A stretch of DNA of 64,000 bases. It comes from Lachnospiraceae bacterium (GTDB lineage: Bacteria > Bacillota > Clostridia > Lachnospirales > Lachnospiraceae). The stretch covers positions 47,496 to 111,495 of the forward strand of contig SFNX01000005.1 of assembly GCA_004552595.1 (NCBI GenBank), read 5' to 3'. This document shows positions 29,131-37,321 of this stretch, in pieces. Both the position numbers and the translations under genes were made by a program. The notes beneath the pieces were generated by a model. That model made no database searches and was not told the DNA's origin. It saw only the letters and a list, made by a program, of their open reading frames with translations. Each line of letters starts with the position of its first letter. Position 1 is the first letter of the stretch.

Positions 29131-29757
29131 ATGAATACTATTATTACTATTTCAAGAGATTTTGGCTCTAACGGCAGAGAAATCGGTAAAAGAGTTGCTG
29201 AAAAGTTATCTATAAAGTGGTATGACAAAGATTTAATGAAGAGAGCCGCTGAAAAAAGTGGTTTATGTACTGAAATTTTTGAAAACCATGATGAAAAACC
29301 AACTTCAAGCTTTTTATATAATTTAGTAATGGACACTTATTCTTTTGGATATTCATCTTCAAATTATATTGATATGCCTATCGGACATAAAGTTTTTTTG
29401 GCTCAGTTTGATGCAATTAAAGCAATTGCAGATGAGGGCCCATGTGTAATAATCGGTCGTTGTGCAGATTATGCACTTCAAGATAGGGATAACTGTATTA
29501 ACTTATTTATTCATAGTGATTTTGATGTCAGAGTTAAACACATTATGGAAAGATACAATCTTAGTGAAGACAAAGCTAAAGATATGATTAACAAAAAAGA
29601 TAAACAGCGTGCAAATTACTATAACTTTTATTCAAATAAAAAGTGGGGCAAAGCTGAATCTTATGATTTAAGTATTGACAGTTCAATACTTGGAATAGAC
29701 GGAACAGTTGATTTGATTTGTTATTTAGTAAATGAATTTGAGAAGAAGAACAGCTAA
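29131..29757 (+). CDS. Cytidylate-kinase-like family protein (degenerate P-loop)
   Basis: 208 aa. N-terminus IITISRDFGSNGREIGKRVAEKL is typical of the cytidylate_kin2-type family. Confidence 0.7.
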   Translation: MNTIITISRDFGSNGREIGKRVAEKLSIKWYDKDLMKRAAEKSGLCTEIFENHDEKPTSSFLYNLVMDTYSFGYSSSNYIDMPIGHKVFLAQFDAIKAIADEGPCVIIGRCADYALQDRDNCINLFIHSDFDVRVKHIMERYNLSEDKAKDMINKKDKQRANYYNFYSNKKWGKAESYDLSIDSSILGIDGTVDLICYLVNEFEKKNS

Positions 29758-29768
29758 AGGTAGGTTTT

Positions 29769-31130
29769 ATGAAGCATTTTGATAAAAAAATAAAACAGGC
29801 AGGTATAATCAGTTTATTAGTCATATGTGGAGGAATACTGTTTTATTATTGCTTATTTAACAGTGAGAGCTTCTTTTCAATAGGAACTAAAGTTTTCACT
29901 ATATTAATGCCTTTTATTTACGGCTTTTTTATCGCATATATTCTAAATCCGGTAATGATTTTTATAGAAGAAAAGATAATACTGCCTCTTAGAAAAAAAT
30001 TAAGCAAAAAAAGTATTAAGAATAAATCTGTAATCAGATTAATTTCTGTAATTCTTACAGTTGCATTCTTTTTATCAATAGTGTATGCACTTATAATAAT
30101 GGTATTTCCTCAGGTATTTGAAAGTATCCAGAGTATTGCTCTAAAATGCCCTGATTATTTTAACAGGTTTAATAGCTGGCTCAATAAATTTATTGAAAAT
30201 AATAAAGATTTAGCAAAAATTATTGCACCATATATGGCTGATGTAGAAACATGGTTCATTGATAATGTATTACCTAATCTTCAGGAATGGGTTACAAATG
30301 CATCAACAAATATAATAGGTGGTGTTTATACTACAATTTCACAGTTGATTAAATTTGTGCTTGGAATAATTATTGCAATATTCTTGCTTTTAAATAAGGA
30401 ATTGTATTGTGCACAGAGTAAAAAGATAATATATGCCGTATTAAGAGAAGAAAGAGCAAATAATCTTATAAATAATGTCAGATTTGCCAATAAAACATTC
30501 GGTGGATTCTTAAACGGTAAAATTGTCGATTCACTAATAATTGGAATTCTTACATTTATTGTACTTTCAATATTTAAAATACCTTATACAATGCTTATTT
30601 CGGTTGTTGTAGGCGTTACAAATATTATTCCATATTTTGGACCAATGTTAGGTGCAATTCCTTCAGTTATTATTCTTTTAATGGTAAATCCAAGAAAAGC
30701 ACTGTGGTTTTTAATTATTGTAGTAATAATTCAGCAGCTTGACGGAAACTTTATCGGGCCAAAAATACTTGGTGAATCAACCGGCTTATCAAGCTTTTGG
30801 GTTATATTTGCAATTACTGTTTTTGGCGGATTCTTCGGCGTATTCGGTATGTTTATAGGTGTCCCGTTATTTGCAGTAATATACGCCGCAATTCGTACAT
30901 TTGTAAATGAACGGCTTAGAAAAAAACTGCTTCCTGACTCAACAAAATTTTATATTGATTCAGATTATCATTCAGATGATTATATTACTAATTCCGGAAA
31001 AGAGATTAAATTTGTTAAAAAGACATTTGAAAACATTTATGTTGAAGGAAAAGGCAAACGCGTAATAGTTACAATTGATAAAGATGAAAATCAAATGGAT
31101 TCTGATTCGGATTCAAGTTCTGATTCTTAA
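29769..31130 (+). CDS. AI-2E (PerM/YhhT) family transporter with Asp/Ser-rich C-terminal tail
   Basis: 453-aa polytopic membrane protein. Motif NIIPYFGPMLGAIP. C-terminus DSDSDSSSDS. Confidence 0.8.
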   Translation: MKHFDKKIKQAGIISLLVICGGILFYYCLFNSESFFSIGTKVFTILMPFIYGFFIAYILNPVMIFIEEKIILPLRKKLSKKSIKNKSVIRLISVILTVAFFLSIVYALIIMVFPQVFESIQSIALKCPDYFNRFNSWLNKFIENNKDLAKIIAPYMADVETWFIDNVLPNLQEWVTNASTNIIGGVYTTISQLIKFVLGIIIAIFLLLNKELYCAQSKKIIYAVLREERANNLINNVRFANKTFGGFLNGKIVDSLIIGILTFIVLSIFKIPYTMLISVVVGVTNIIPYFGPMLGAIPSVIILLMVNPRKALWFLIIVVIIQQLDGNFIGPKILGESTGLSSFWVIFAITVFGGFFGVFGMFIGVPLFAVIYAAIRTFVNERLRKKLLPDSTKFYIDSDYHSDDYITNSGKEIKFVKKTFENIYVEGKGKRVIVTIDKDENQMDSDSDSSSDS

Positions 31131-31172
31131 TGAAATATATAAATAATCAGAAAGTTAAGGTGTAATTTCAAA

Positions 31173-32273
31173 ATGGAAGAAATAAATGTATTAACAAAAA
31201 CAGATAATAATAAGTCATATAATATTATTTTAGATAATTCATATGTTAATTTAGCAAATAAATTAAAGGAATTATATCCTGAAAAAGTAAAAGTCTGTAT
31301 TATAACTGACAGTAATGTTGCTCCGCTGTATTTAGAACAGCTAAAATCCGCAGTTTCAGATGTATTTTCTAAGGTTCATGACTTTACATTTGAAGCAGGA
31401 GAGGAGTCTAAAAATCTTGATGTAATAAATGAAGCATATGAAGGATTAATTGATCATCATTTTAATAGAAAAGATGTCTTAATTGCACTCGGCGGTGGCG
31501 TTACAGGTGATATGACCGGATATATAGCTGCCACTTATATGCGTGGAATTGATTTTATTCAGGTTCCAACGACACTTTTATCGATGGTTGATTCAAGTAT
31601 AGGTGGTAAAACAGGCGTAGATTATAAACAATACAAAAATATGATTGGTGCGTTTAAGATGCCTCGATTGGTTTACATAAATACATCTGTACTTAAAACA
31701 TTAAGTGATTTGCAATTTGCATCAGGTATGGCTGAGGTTCTTAAAGCAGGTTTACTTAAAGATGCTAATTTTTATGAATGGACAATCAATAATTTTCTTG
31801 AAATTAATGATAAAAACGAAGAAATCCTTACCAATATGATTAGGAAAAGTATCGAAATTAAGAAATTTATTGTTGAAAAGGATCCGTTTGAACAAGGTGA
31901 CCGTGCATTACTTAATTTAGGACATACAGTTGGTCATGCAATTGAAAAATATATGAATTTTACAAAAGCTCATGGTGAATGTGTTGCGTTGGGTACAATT
32001 GTTGCAGCTTTCATTTCTTATAAACGTGAAATGATTTCTATGGAAGACTTCTATGAAATCAGAGATATGTTTGTTCCTTTTAATTTACCTATATCAGTTG
32101 ATGAAATTGATGCGGATGAAATAATCAGACTTACTAAGTCGGATAAAAAAGCAGAAAATGGATTTATCAAATTTATACTGCTTAAAAAGATTGGTAAAGC
32201 TGTAATTGTAAAAGATGTAAAAGATGAAGAAATCAAGAATGCAATTAATGAATTAATTGTTGAATGGGATTAA
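31173..32273 (+). CDS. aroB: 3-dehydroquinate synthase
   Basis: 366 aa. Motifs GGGVTGDMTGYIAATYMRGIDFIQVPTTLL and GHTVGHAIE. Confidence 0.9.
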   Translation: MEEINVLTKTDNNKSYNIILDNSYVNLANKLKELYPEKVKVCIITDSNVAPLYLEQLKSAVSDVFSKVHDFTFEAGEESKNLDVINEAYEGLIDHHFNRKDVLIALGGGVTGDMTGYIAATYMRGIDFIQVPTTLLSMVDSSIGGKTGVDYKQYKNMIGAFKMPRLVYINTSVLKTLSDLQFASGMAEVLKAGLLKDANFYEWTINNFLEINDKNEEILTNMIRKSIEIKKFIVEKDPFEQGDRALLNLGHTVGHAIEKYMNFTKAHGECVALGTIVAAFISYKREMISMEDFYEIRDMFVPFNLPISVDEIDADEIIRLTKSDKKAENGFIKFILLKKIGKAVIVKDVKDEEIKNAINELIVEWD

Positions 32274-32282
32274 TTTTTTTAT

Positions 32283-32324
32283 AAGGCCTTAAGCAAATAT
32301 AATTGACTTAGGGCTTTATTTTTT
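32283..32324 (+). terminator. Probable terminator after aroB
   Basis: 11-bp stem AAGGCCTTAAG / CTTAGGGCTTT (two G-U pairs) followed by ATTTTTT. The 3' arm overlaps the -35 of the next promoter. Confidence 0.5.
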
Positions 32325-32362
32325 GGTATAATCTATTCGTTAAAGTTGTCTTTCGCGAATAG
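32303..32362 (+). promoter_or_regulatory. Extended -10 promoter and leader hairpin of the recombinase gene
   Basis: TTGACT (32303-32308), 18-nt spacer, TGgTATAAT (32324-32332). The leader contains the inverted repeat CTATTCG (32333-32339) / CGAATAG (32356-32362). Confidence 0.55.
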
Positions 32363-32380
32363 TTACATAGAGGTGATTAT

Positions 32381-33445
32381 ATGGCAGAATTTAATAAAAA
32401 TACATATCATGACCAGGTAAATAATATTAATACGCTTAAGCTAAGGCAAATGCAGAATACTCTTCCTAAATTCTTAAGAGATTTTTTTCTTGGAATTAAG
32501 GATACAACTTCTACAAGAACAAGACTTGCATATGCTTACGATTTAAGAATATTTTTCGAATTTATAAAAGCAAATAATCCTCAATATAAAAATAAAAAGA
32601 TCAATGAATTCAATATAGAAATATTAGAAGAAATAACTGCTCAGGATATTGTTGAATATATGGACTATCTCTCCTATTATGAAAACGAAGAAGGAGATAT
32701 ACAGACTAATGATGAACGAGGAAAACAAAGAAAACTCGCATCTCTTCGTTCAATGTATAACTATTTCTATAAAATGGAATTAATTTCAAAAAATCCTGCT
32801 GCACTTGTTGATTTTCCAAAGCTTCATAAGAAGGAAATAATAAGACTGGATCCTGACGAAGTTAAAGATTTACTAAATAATATTGAAAATGGCGAGGGAT
32901 TAACAAAAAAACAACTCGAATACCAGAATAAAACAAAGGTTCGTGACCTTGCAATCATTACTCTTCTGCTTGGTACCGGAATACGAGTTTCTGAATGTGT
33001 TGGTCTTGATAAAAATAATATTGATTTTAAGAATAATGGTATATTAATTAAGCGTAAAGGCGGATATGAAGATATTGTATATTTCGGTGAAGAAGTACAT
33101 AAAGCACTTACAGATTATATGAATGAACGAGAACATATAATGCCTGAATCAGGACATGAAAATGCTCTATTCCTTTCATTACAAAATAAACGGATAAGTG
33201 TAAGAAGCGTTGAACTATTAGTAAAAAAATATGCCAAAACAGTAACCAGCTTAAAAAAAATAACACCTCATAAATTAAGAAGTACTTATGGTACTACTCT
33301 ATACCAGGAAACAGGCGATATTTACCTCGTAGCAGACGTTTTAGGACATAAGGACGTAAATACTACTAAAAAGCATTATGCGGCCCAAAATGAGGAAAGA
33401 AAGCGCTATGCAGCAACCGTTGTTAAATTACGTGACAATAAATAA
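32381..33445 (+). CDS. Tyrosine site-specific recombinase, XerC/XerD family
   Basis: 354 aa. Catalytic residues in context: GIRVSE (Arg), HKLRST (His-x-x-Arg), GHKDVNTTKKHY (His, Tyr). SAM-like N-terminal domain. Confidence 0.85.
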   Translation: MAEFNKNTYHDQVNNINTLKLRQMQNTLPKFLRDFFLGIKDTTSTRTRLAYAYDLRIFFEFIKANNPQYKNKKINEFNIEILEEITAQDIVEYMDYLSYYENEEGDIQTNDERGKQRKLASLRSMYNYFYKMELISKNPAALVDFPKLHKKEIIRLDPDEVKDLLNNIENGEGLTKKQLEYQNKTKVRDLAIITLLLGTGIRVSECVGLDKNNIDFKNNGILIKRKGGYEDIVYFGEEVHKALTDYMNEREHIMPESGHENALFLSLQNKRISVRSVELLVKKYAKTVTSLKKITPHKLRSTYGTTLYQETGDIYLVADVLGHKDVNTTKKHYAAQNEERKRYAATVVKLRDNK

Positions 33446-33452
33446 AGGGGTG

Positions 33453-33495
33453 CGCCCGGTTCTGAAGGAATGCCGTAATGGCAAAACCGGGCGCT
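33453..33495. terminator. GC-rich hairpin between convergent genes (bidirectional terminator candidate)
   Basis: GCGCCCGGTT (33453-33462) pairs with AACCGGGCGC (33486-33495), with an inner TGCC/GGCA pairing. Conspicuously GC-rich for this AT-rich genome. Confidence 0.55.
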
Positions 33496-33533
33496 GAATA
33501 AAATAAATGAGTATAAAAACAAATAGTGAAATA

Positions 33534-33956
33534 CTATTTATTAACCGATATTTCAATTACAGGATTAGCTGACATATTATTACTATCATTCTTATTAATA
33601 TAGTATGGAATGACAATCTTATTACCGACAACAAGCTTTGTATCACTGTTCATCCCATTAATTGATAAAACTTCATTAATATACTTATTAACTGAGGAAT
33701 ATTCATTACTCATATATTCATCAGCAATAGATTCAAGAGTATCTCCTGAAAAAACTGTAATTGACTTATACATCTTAACCGCATTGCTGTTGGCAGAAAA
33801 ATTAGCGGCTTCTGTTTTATGATTAAATAGTAATAATGAAAACAAAAAAACAGTTATACATATTATTGAAATTAATAAGCGTTCCTTGTAAACGACTACT
33901 GTTCTATTATAATACTGCTGTCTTCTGTTATATTCCCTGTAATAGTTATTCTTCAT
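33534..33956 (-). CDS. LysM-domain membrane protein, YneA-like SOS cell-division inhibitor candidate
   Basis: 140 aa from the ATG at 33956, with a GGGAG ribosome-binding site upstream. Basic N-terminus, one TM helix (LLISIICITVFLFSLLLF), and a LysM domain (YKSITVFSGDTLESIADEY...GNKIVIPY). Divergent from lexA behind a LexA-boxed promoter. Confidence 0.8.
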   Translation of the reverse strand: MKNNYYREYNRRQQYYNRTVVVYKERLLISIICITVFLFSLLLFNHKTEAANFSANSNAVKMYKSITVFSGDTLESIADEYMSNEYSSVNKYINEVLSINGMNSDTKLVVGNKIVIPYYINKNDSNNMSANPVIEISVNK

Positions 33957-33997
33957 ATTAAATACTCCCAAAAGTAAGTGTTCCCCTAAACACCAAA

Positions 33998-34109
33998 CGA
34001 ACATTTGTTTGATAATGTCATTATACGAACAATAGTTCGACTTGTCAACACTTTTTCGAACAAATTTTCGGAATATATGTTTGCCTTTTTCGAACATATG
34101 TATTATAAT
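33998..34109. promoter_or_regulatory. Divergent SOS-regulated promoters with four LexA (Cheo) boxes
   Basis: Boxes: CGAACATTTGTTTG (33998-34011), perfect CGAACAATAGTTCG (34026-34039), CGAACAAATTTTCG (34057-34070), CGAACATATGTATT (34091-34104). Minus-strand promoter: TTGACA (34044-34049), 17 nt, TATAAT (34020-34025), with box 2 filling the spacer. lexA promoter: TTGCCT (34081-34086), 17 nt, TATAAT (34104-34109), overlapped by box 4. Confidence 0.85.
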
Positions 34110-34160
34110 AGTTCTAAATAATAGTAATTATTGTAATTACATTTTATGGAGGGAATATTT

Positions 34161-34775
34161 ATGTCAACAGGTAAAATCTCAGCTAAGCAGCAGGAAATAC
34201 TTGAATATATTAAAGAATCTATACTTAATAAGGGTTATCCGCCTGCTGTTCGTGAAATTTGCGAAGCTGTTCATTTAAGTTCTACTTCAAGTGTTCATTC
34301 ACATCTTGAAACTCTTGAGAAAAACGGCTATATAAGAAGAGATCCTACTAAACCACGTACAATAGAAATATGTGATGACAGTTTTCAGATGATGCGTAGA
34401 GAGATGACGAGTATTCCTGTTATTGGACGTGTTGCTGCAGGACAGCCAATACTTGCTACCGAGAATATTGAAGGCTACTTTCCTCTTCCTGTTGAATATG
34501 TACCTAATGCTGATACATTTATTCTTAAAGTTAAGGGTGAGAGTATGATTAATGCGGGTATATTTGACGGAGATATTATTTTTGTCGAGAAGACTAATAA
34601 TGTAAGAAATGGTGATACTGTTGTTGCGTTAATTGACGACTCTGCTACAGTTAAGACATTTTATAAGGAGGCCGGACATATTCGCTTACAGCCTGAGAAT
34701 GACTCTATGGAACCAATAATTGTAGAGAATTGTGAGATTATTGGAAAAGTTTTCGGTGTATTCAGGCTGATGTAA
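34161..34775 (+). CDS. lexA: SOS repressor LexA
   Basis: 204 aa from the ATG at 34161, preceded by GGAGGG. wHTH N-terminus (LSAKQQEILEYIKE..GYPPAVREI). Cleavage site VAAGQP. Ser/Lys dyad contexts GESMINAGI and VKTF. Confidence 0.93.
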   Translation: MSTGKISAKQQEILEYIKESILNKGYPPAVREICEAVHLSSTSSVHSHLETLEKNGYIRRDPTKPRTIEICDDSFQMMRREMTSIPVIGRVAAGQPILATENIEGYFPLPVEYVPNADTFILKVKGESMINAGIFDGDIIFVEKTNNVRNGDTVVALIDDSATVKTFYKEAGHIRLQPENDSMEPIIVENCEIIGKVFGVFRLM

Positions 34776-34805
34776 TTCATTATATTAACAATCAAATAAA
34801 TAAAT

Positions 34806-34841
34806 GAGGATTTTCTATATGTATAGAAAATCCTCCTTTTT
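34806..34841. terminator. Bidirectional terminator at the strand-convergence point
   Basis: 14-bp inverted repeat GAGGATTTTCTATA / TATAGAAAATCCTC. Followed by CTTTTT on the + strand and preceded by AAATAAATAAAT, which is T-rich on the - strand. Lies between lexA (+) and rsfS (-). Confidence 0.75.
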
Positions 34842-34853
34842 AATCCTAAAATA

Positions 34854-35213
34854 CTAAAATATTACTTCTTTTCCATCGCTCCATATTCTTTCAAGATCAT
34901 AAAATAATCGATTTTCCTTGTCAAAAATATGAACTATTACATCTGAGTAATCCATAAGAATCCAATTTGCAGTATCATAGCCTTCCACCTGTTTTAAATC
35001 ATGTCCGGTTTTGTGTAATTTCTCAATCACATTATCACAAATGGCCTGTAACTGATTTCTGTTATTACCACTTGCAATAATAAAATAATCTGCCATAACA
35101 GATACATTACTTATATCAAGTGTTTTTATATCTTCAGCTTTCTTTTCATCAAGTGCTTTTATTATTTCCTTTGCAATATTTAATGCGTCTTCTTTTGTGC
35201 TAATTTTACCCAT
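34854..35213 (-). CDS. rsfS: Ribosome silencing factor RsfS
   Basis: 119 aa. ADYFIIASGNNRNQLQAI and WILMDYSDVIVHIF motifs. Confidence 0.9.
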   Translation of the reverse strand: MGKISTKEDALNIAKEIIKALDEKKAEDIKTLDISNVSVMADYFIIASGNNRNQLQAICDNVIEKLHKTGHDLKQVEGYDTANWILMDYSDVIVHIFDKENRLFYDLERIWSDGKEVIF

Positions 35214-35230
35214 ATATGCTCTCTTTCACT

Positions 35231-35806
35231 TTATTTACAATAATAATTATATGTATCAATCGTTGCCTTATCAATCATCATTCCTGAGCTTTTTAAATAA
35301 TTTAATGTGTCTGTTAATATTAGCTTTAGACATTCATCTATGTCTTCAAAAGCAATCTTTCTAATCACATCAAGTCTTGGCATTTTATAGCGTAATGGCT
35401 CAATATAATCTGAAACATATACAATTTTCTCAAGAAGATTCATATTTGGTTTACCGGTAGTATGACACTTAATAGCTGACAATATATCTTCATCATTTAT
35501 ATCATATTTTTTATTGGCATAGTAGCTGCCAAGTTTTGCATGTAACAAATCAGGTTTATTTAGCTCATAGTCAGTTATTGATAGACCTGCTTTTTGTGCT
35601 TTATCAAGCATTTCCTTACCGTCCATATATTTGGCGCAATCGTGAAGTAATCCAGCTACAATCGCCTTATTAACATCATATTCATACTTCATTGCAAGAC
35701 AAGCACAGGTATGTGATACTGAAACAGTATGTGCATATCTTGTATCACTTAACTTTCGTTGTAATCTGTTCTGAATTCTGATTATTTCTTTAATATCATT
35801 GTCCAT
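35231..35806 (-). CDS. yqeK: HD-domain bis(5'-nucleosyl)-tetraphosphatase YqeK
   Basis: 191 aa. RYAHTVSV and GLLHDCAK HD motifs. Position between nadD and rsfS. Confidence 0.85.
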   Translation of the reverse strand: MDNDIKEIIRIQNRLQRKLSDTRYAHTVSVSHTCACLAMKYEYDVNKAIVAGLLHDCAKYMDGKEMLDKAQKAGLSITDYELNKPDLLHAKLGSYYANKKYDINDEDILSAIKCHTTGKPNMNLLEKIVYVSDYIEPLRYKMPRLDVIRKIAFEDIDECLKLILTDTLNYLKSSGMMIDKATIDTYNYYCK

Positions 35807-35808
35807 AT

Positions 35809-36345
35809 TTAAACCTTCTTTTTAAATATACTTTTGATATTTTCTTCAATAAGTACTAAATCTTTTTCCTTATAATAAAATAGTAATAATATAACAAGTA
35901 CGGCTGTGCCTATTGAAACATACATGTCCGCAACATTAAATATCGGGAAATCAATAAGACAAAAATATATAAAATCAACAACATAATTAAGCCTTATTCT
36001 GTCTATCATATTACCGATTCCGCCTGCAATAATAAGTGTAAGTACAACATTAATTATTGTAAATTTCTTATCATTTGGCATATTATATATCAAAAACAAA
36101 AGAAGCATTGAAATAATTAAAGCTATTATTAAAAATAACATCTGGTGGCCTTTAAGCATGCCAAAAGCAGCACCTGTATTTCCATTTGGAAGATAATAAA
36201 ACTCTAATGTATTTTTAATGAGTACAATCGGTTCACTATCCTTTAACCTTATAACTGCCCACATTTTAGTAAGTTGATCTATTATTACAAGTACTGTTAT
36301 CGATAATATTGCAAATAATGTTTTTTTGATTTTGTAATTATTCAT
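35809..36345 (-). CDS. lspA: Lipoprotein signal peptidase II
   Basis: 178 aa, four TM segments. Motifs NTGAAFG and IFNVADMY. Confidence 0.88.
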   Translation of the reverse strand: MNNYKIKKTLFAILSITVLVIIDQLTKMWAVIRLKDSEPIVLIKNTLEFYYLPNGNTGAAFGMLKGHQMLFLIIALIISMLLLFLIYNMPNDKKFTIINVVLTLIIAGGIGNMIDRIRLNYVVDFIYFCLIDFPIFNVADMYVSIGTAVLVILLLFYYKEKDLVLIEENIKSIFKKKV

Positions 36346-36398
36346 ACTGATTCCTGCCTGATTAATGTTATTTATAAAAATTAAATAATACTAAATAT

Positions 36399-37010
36399 TT
36401 ACCCCTTATACAAAGCGTTATCAATGATGTACTTATATACATTAGGCGGAAGTTCATTACAATCATTTGTAAAATTTCCTTTTTTTATAGAATTTCTGAT
36501 ATTTGTTGATGAAATATCAATCTTTTCAATATCGATAATTTCTGCTTTTGAATTATATTTAACATTAAGATAATTACACATTTTGATGACTTCTGATTTG
36601 TTATGGTCATCTCGTTGCATTACACTAAGAATACAGTTTGATAACAGTGTTTCTATGTTTTTCCAGCTCTCAATATTAAACAATGTATCAGCTCCTATAA
36701 TTAAATACAGTAAAGCATCTAAATATTCTTCTTTTAAGTCAAGAATTGTACTGTATGTATATGAATTGCCTTCTTTTTTAACTTCTATATCAGAATATTC
36801 AAGATATGGGTAGTCTTTAATTGCAAGCTTAACCATATCAGCCCGAATATACTTTGACAAAACATTTTCTCCCGATTTCTGATAAGAAAAACCGGAAGGT
36901 ATTACAAGTACCTTGTCTAGATTTAAAAGCTTATATGCGCTTTTTGCAAGGTAAATATGGCCATTATGTATTGGATTAAAGGTTCCGCCAAATACACCGA
37001 TCTTTTTCAT
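36399..37010 (-). CDS. nadD: Nicotinate-nucleotide adenylyltransferase
   Basis: 203 aa. GGTFNPIHNGH motif and ISSTNIR. Confidence 0.9.
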   Translation of the reverse strand: MKKIGVFGGTFNPIHNGHIYLAKSAYKLLNLDKVLVIPSGFSYQKSGENVLSKYIRADMVKLAIKDYPYLEYSDIEVKKEGNSYTYSTILDLKEEYLDALLYLIIGADTLFNIESWKNIETLLSNCILSVMQRDDHNKSEVIKMCNYLNVKYNSKAEIIDIEKIDISSTNIRNSIKKGNFTNDCNELPPNVYKYIIDNALYKG

Positions 37011-37016
37011 ACAAAT

Positions 37017-37313
37017 TTACCTTGGAAGTATGATTTGCTGATTATCTCTGTCTTTTTTATAAAGAATTATCTTTTTGCCAATTACTTTTACAACAGTAGA
37101 ACCTGTGTTTTCAGCAATTGCTTCTGCTATTGCCCTAGGGTCATCCGTACAATTCTTTAATACACCAATTTTTATCAATTCATGTGTATTAAATGTTTCT
37201 TCTACAGCATTTATTATTTCGTCTGTAAGACTTGCTTTCCCGATATTCATTATAACATCAAGATTTGATGCAAGACTCATTAAATATGCTCTCTGTTTAC
37301 TGGTTAAAGTCAT
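37017..37313 (-). CDS. yhbY: YhbY/CRS1-type RNA-binding protein
   Basis: 98 aa. LTSKQRAYL.., ELIKIGVL, GKKIILYK. Confidence 0.85.
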   Translation of the reverse strand: MTLTSKQRAYLMSLASNLDVIMNIGKASLTDEIINAVEETFNTHELIKIGVLKNCTDDPRAIAEAIAENTGSTVVKVIGKKIILYKKDRDNQQIILPR

Positions 37314-37321
37314 AGTACTCC

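Noticed and set aside
32381-33445. Tyrosine recombinase as the integrase of a mobile element or prophage
   Set aside because: I see no flanking direct repeats, no adjacent tRNA attachment site, and no phage, conjugation or cargo genes. The neighbours are aroB and lexA. It fits better as a chromosomal Xer-type recombinase.
33957-34097. 47-codon 5' extension of the LysM ORF in the track (start at 34097)
   Set aside because: The extension would run through the consensus promoter and three LexA boxes. The ATG at 33956 has a GGGAG ribosome-binding site and yields the YneA-like architecture.
34776-34853. dif (Xer recombination) site at the strand-convergence point
   Set aside because: The nearest resemblance is TTATATTAACA at about 34787-34797, matching the TTATGTTAAAT XerD arm at about 8 of 11 positions. 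It lacks a credible XerC arm and follows the lexA stop by only about 11 nt. The GGTGCGC at 33450-33456 is part of a terminator hairpin. A profile scan is needed.
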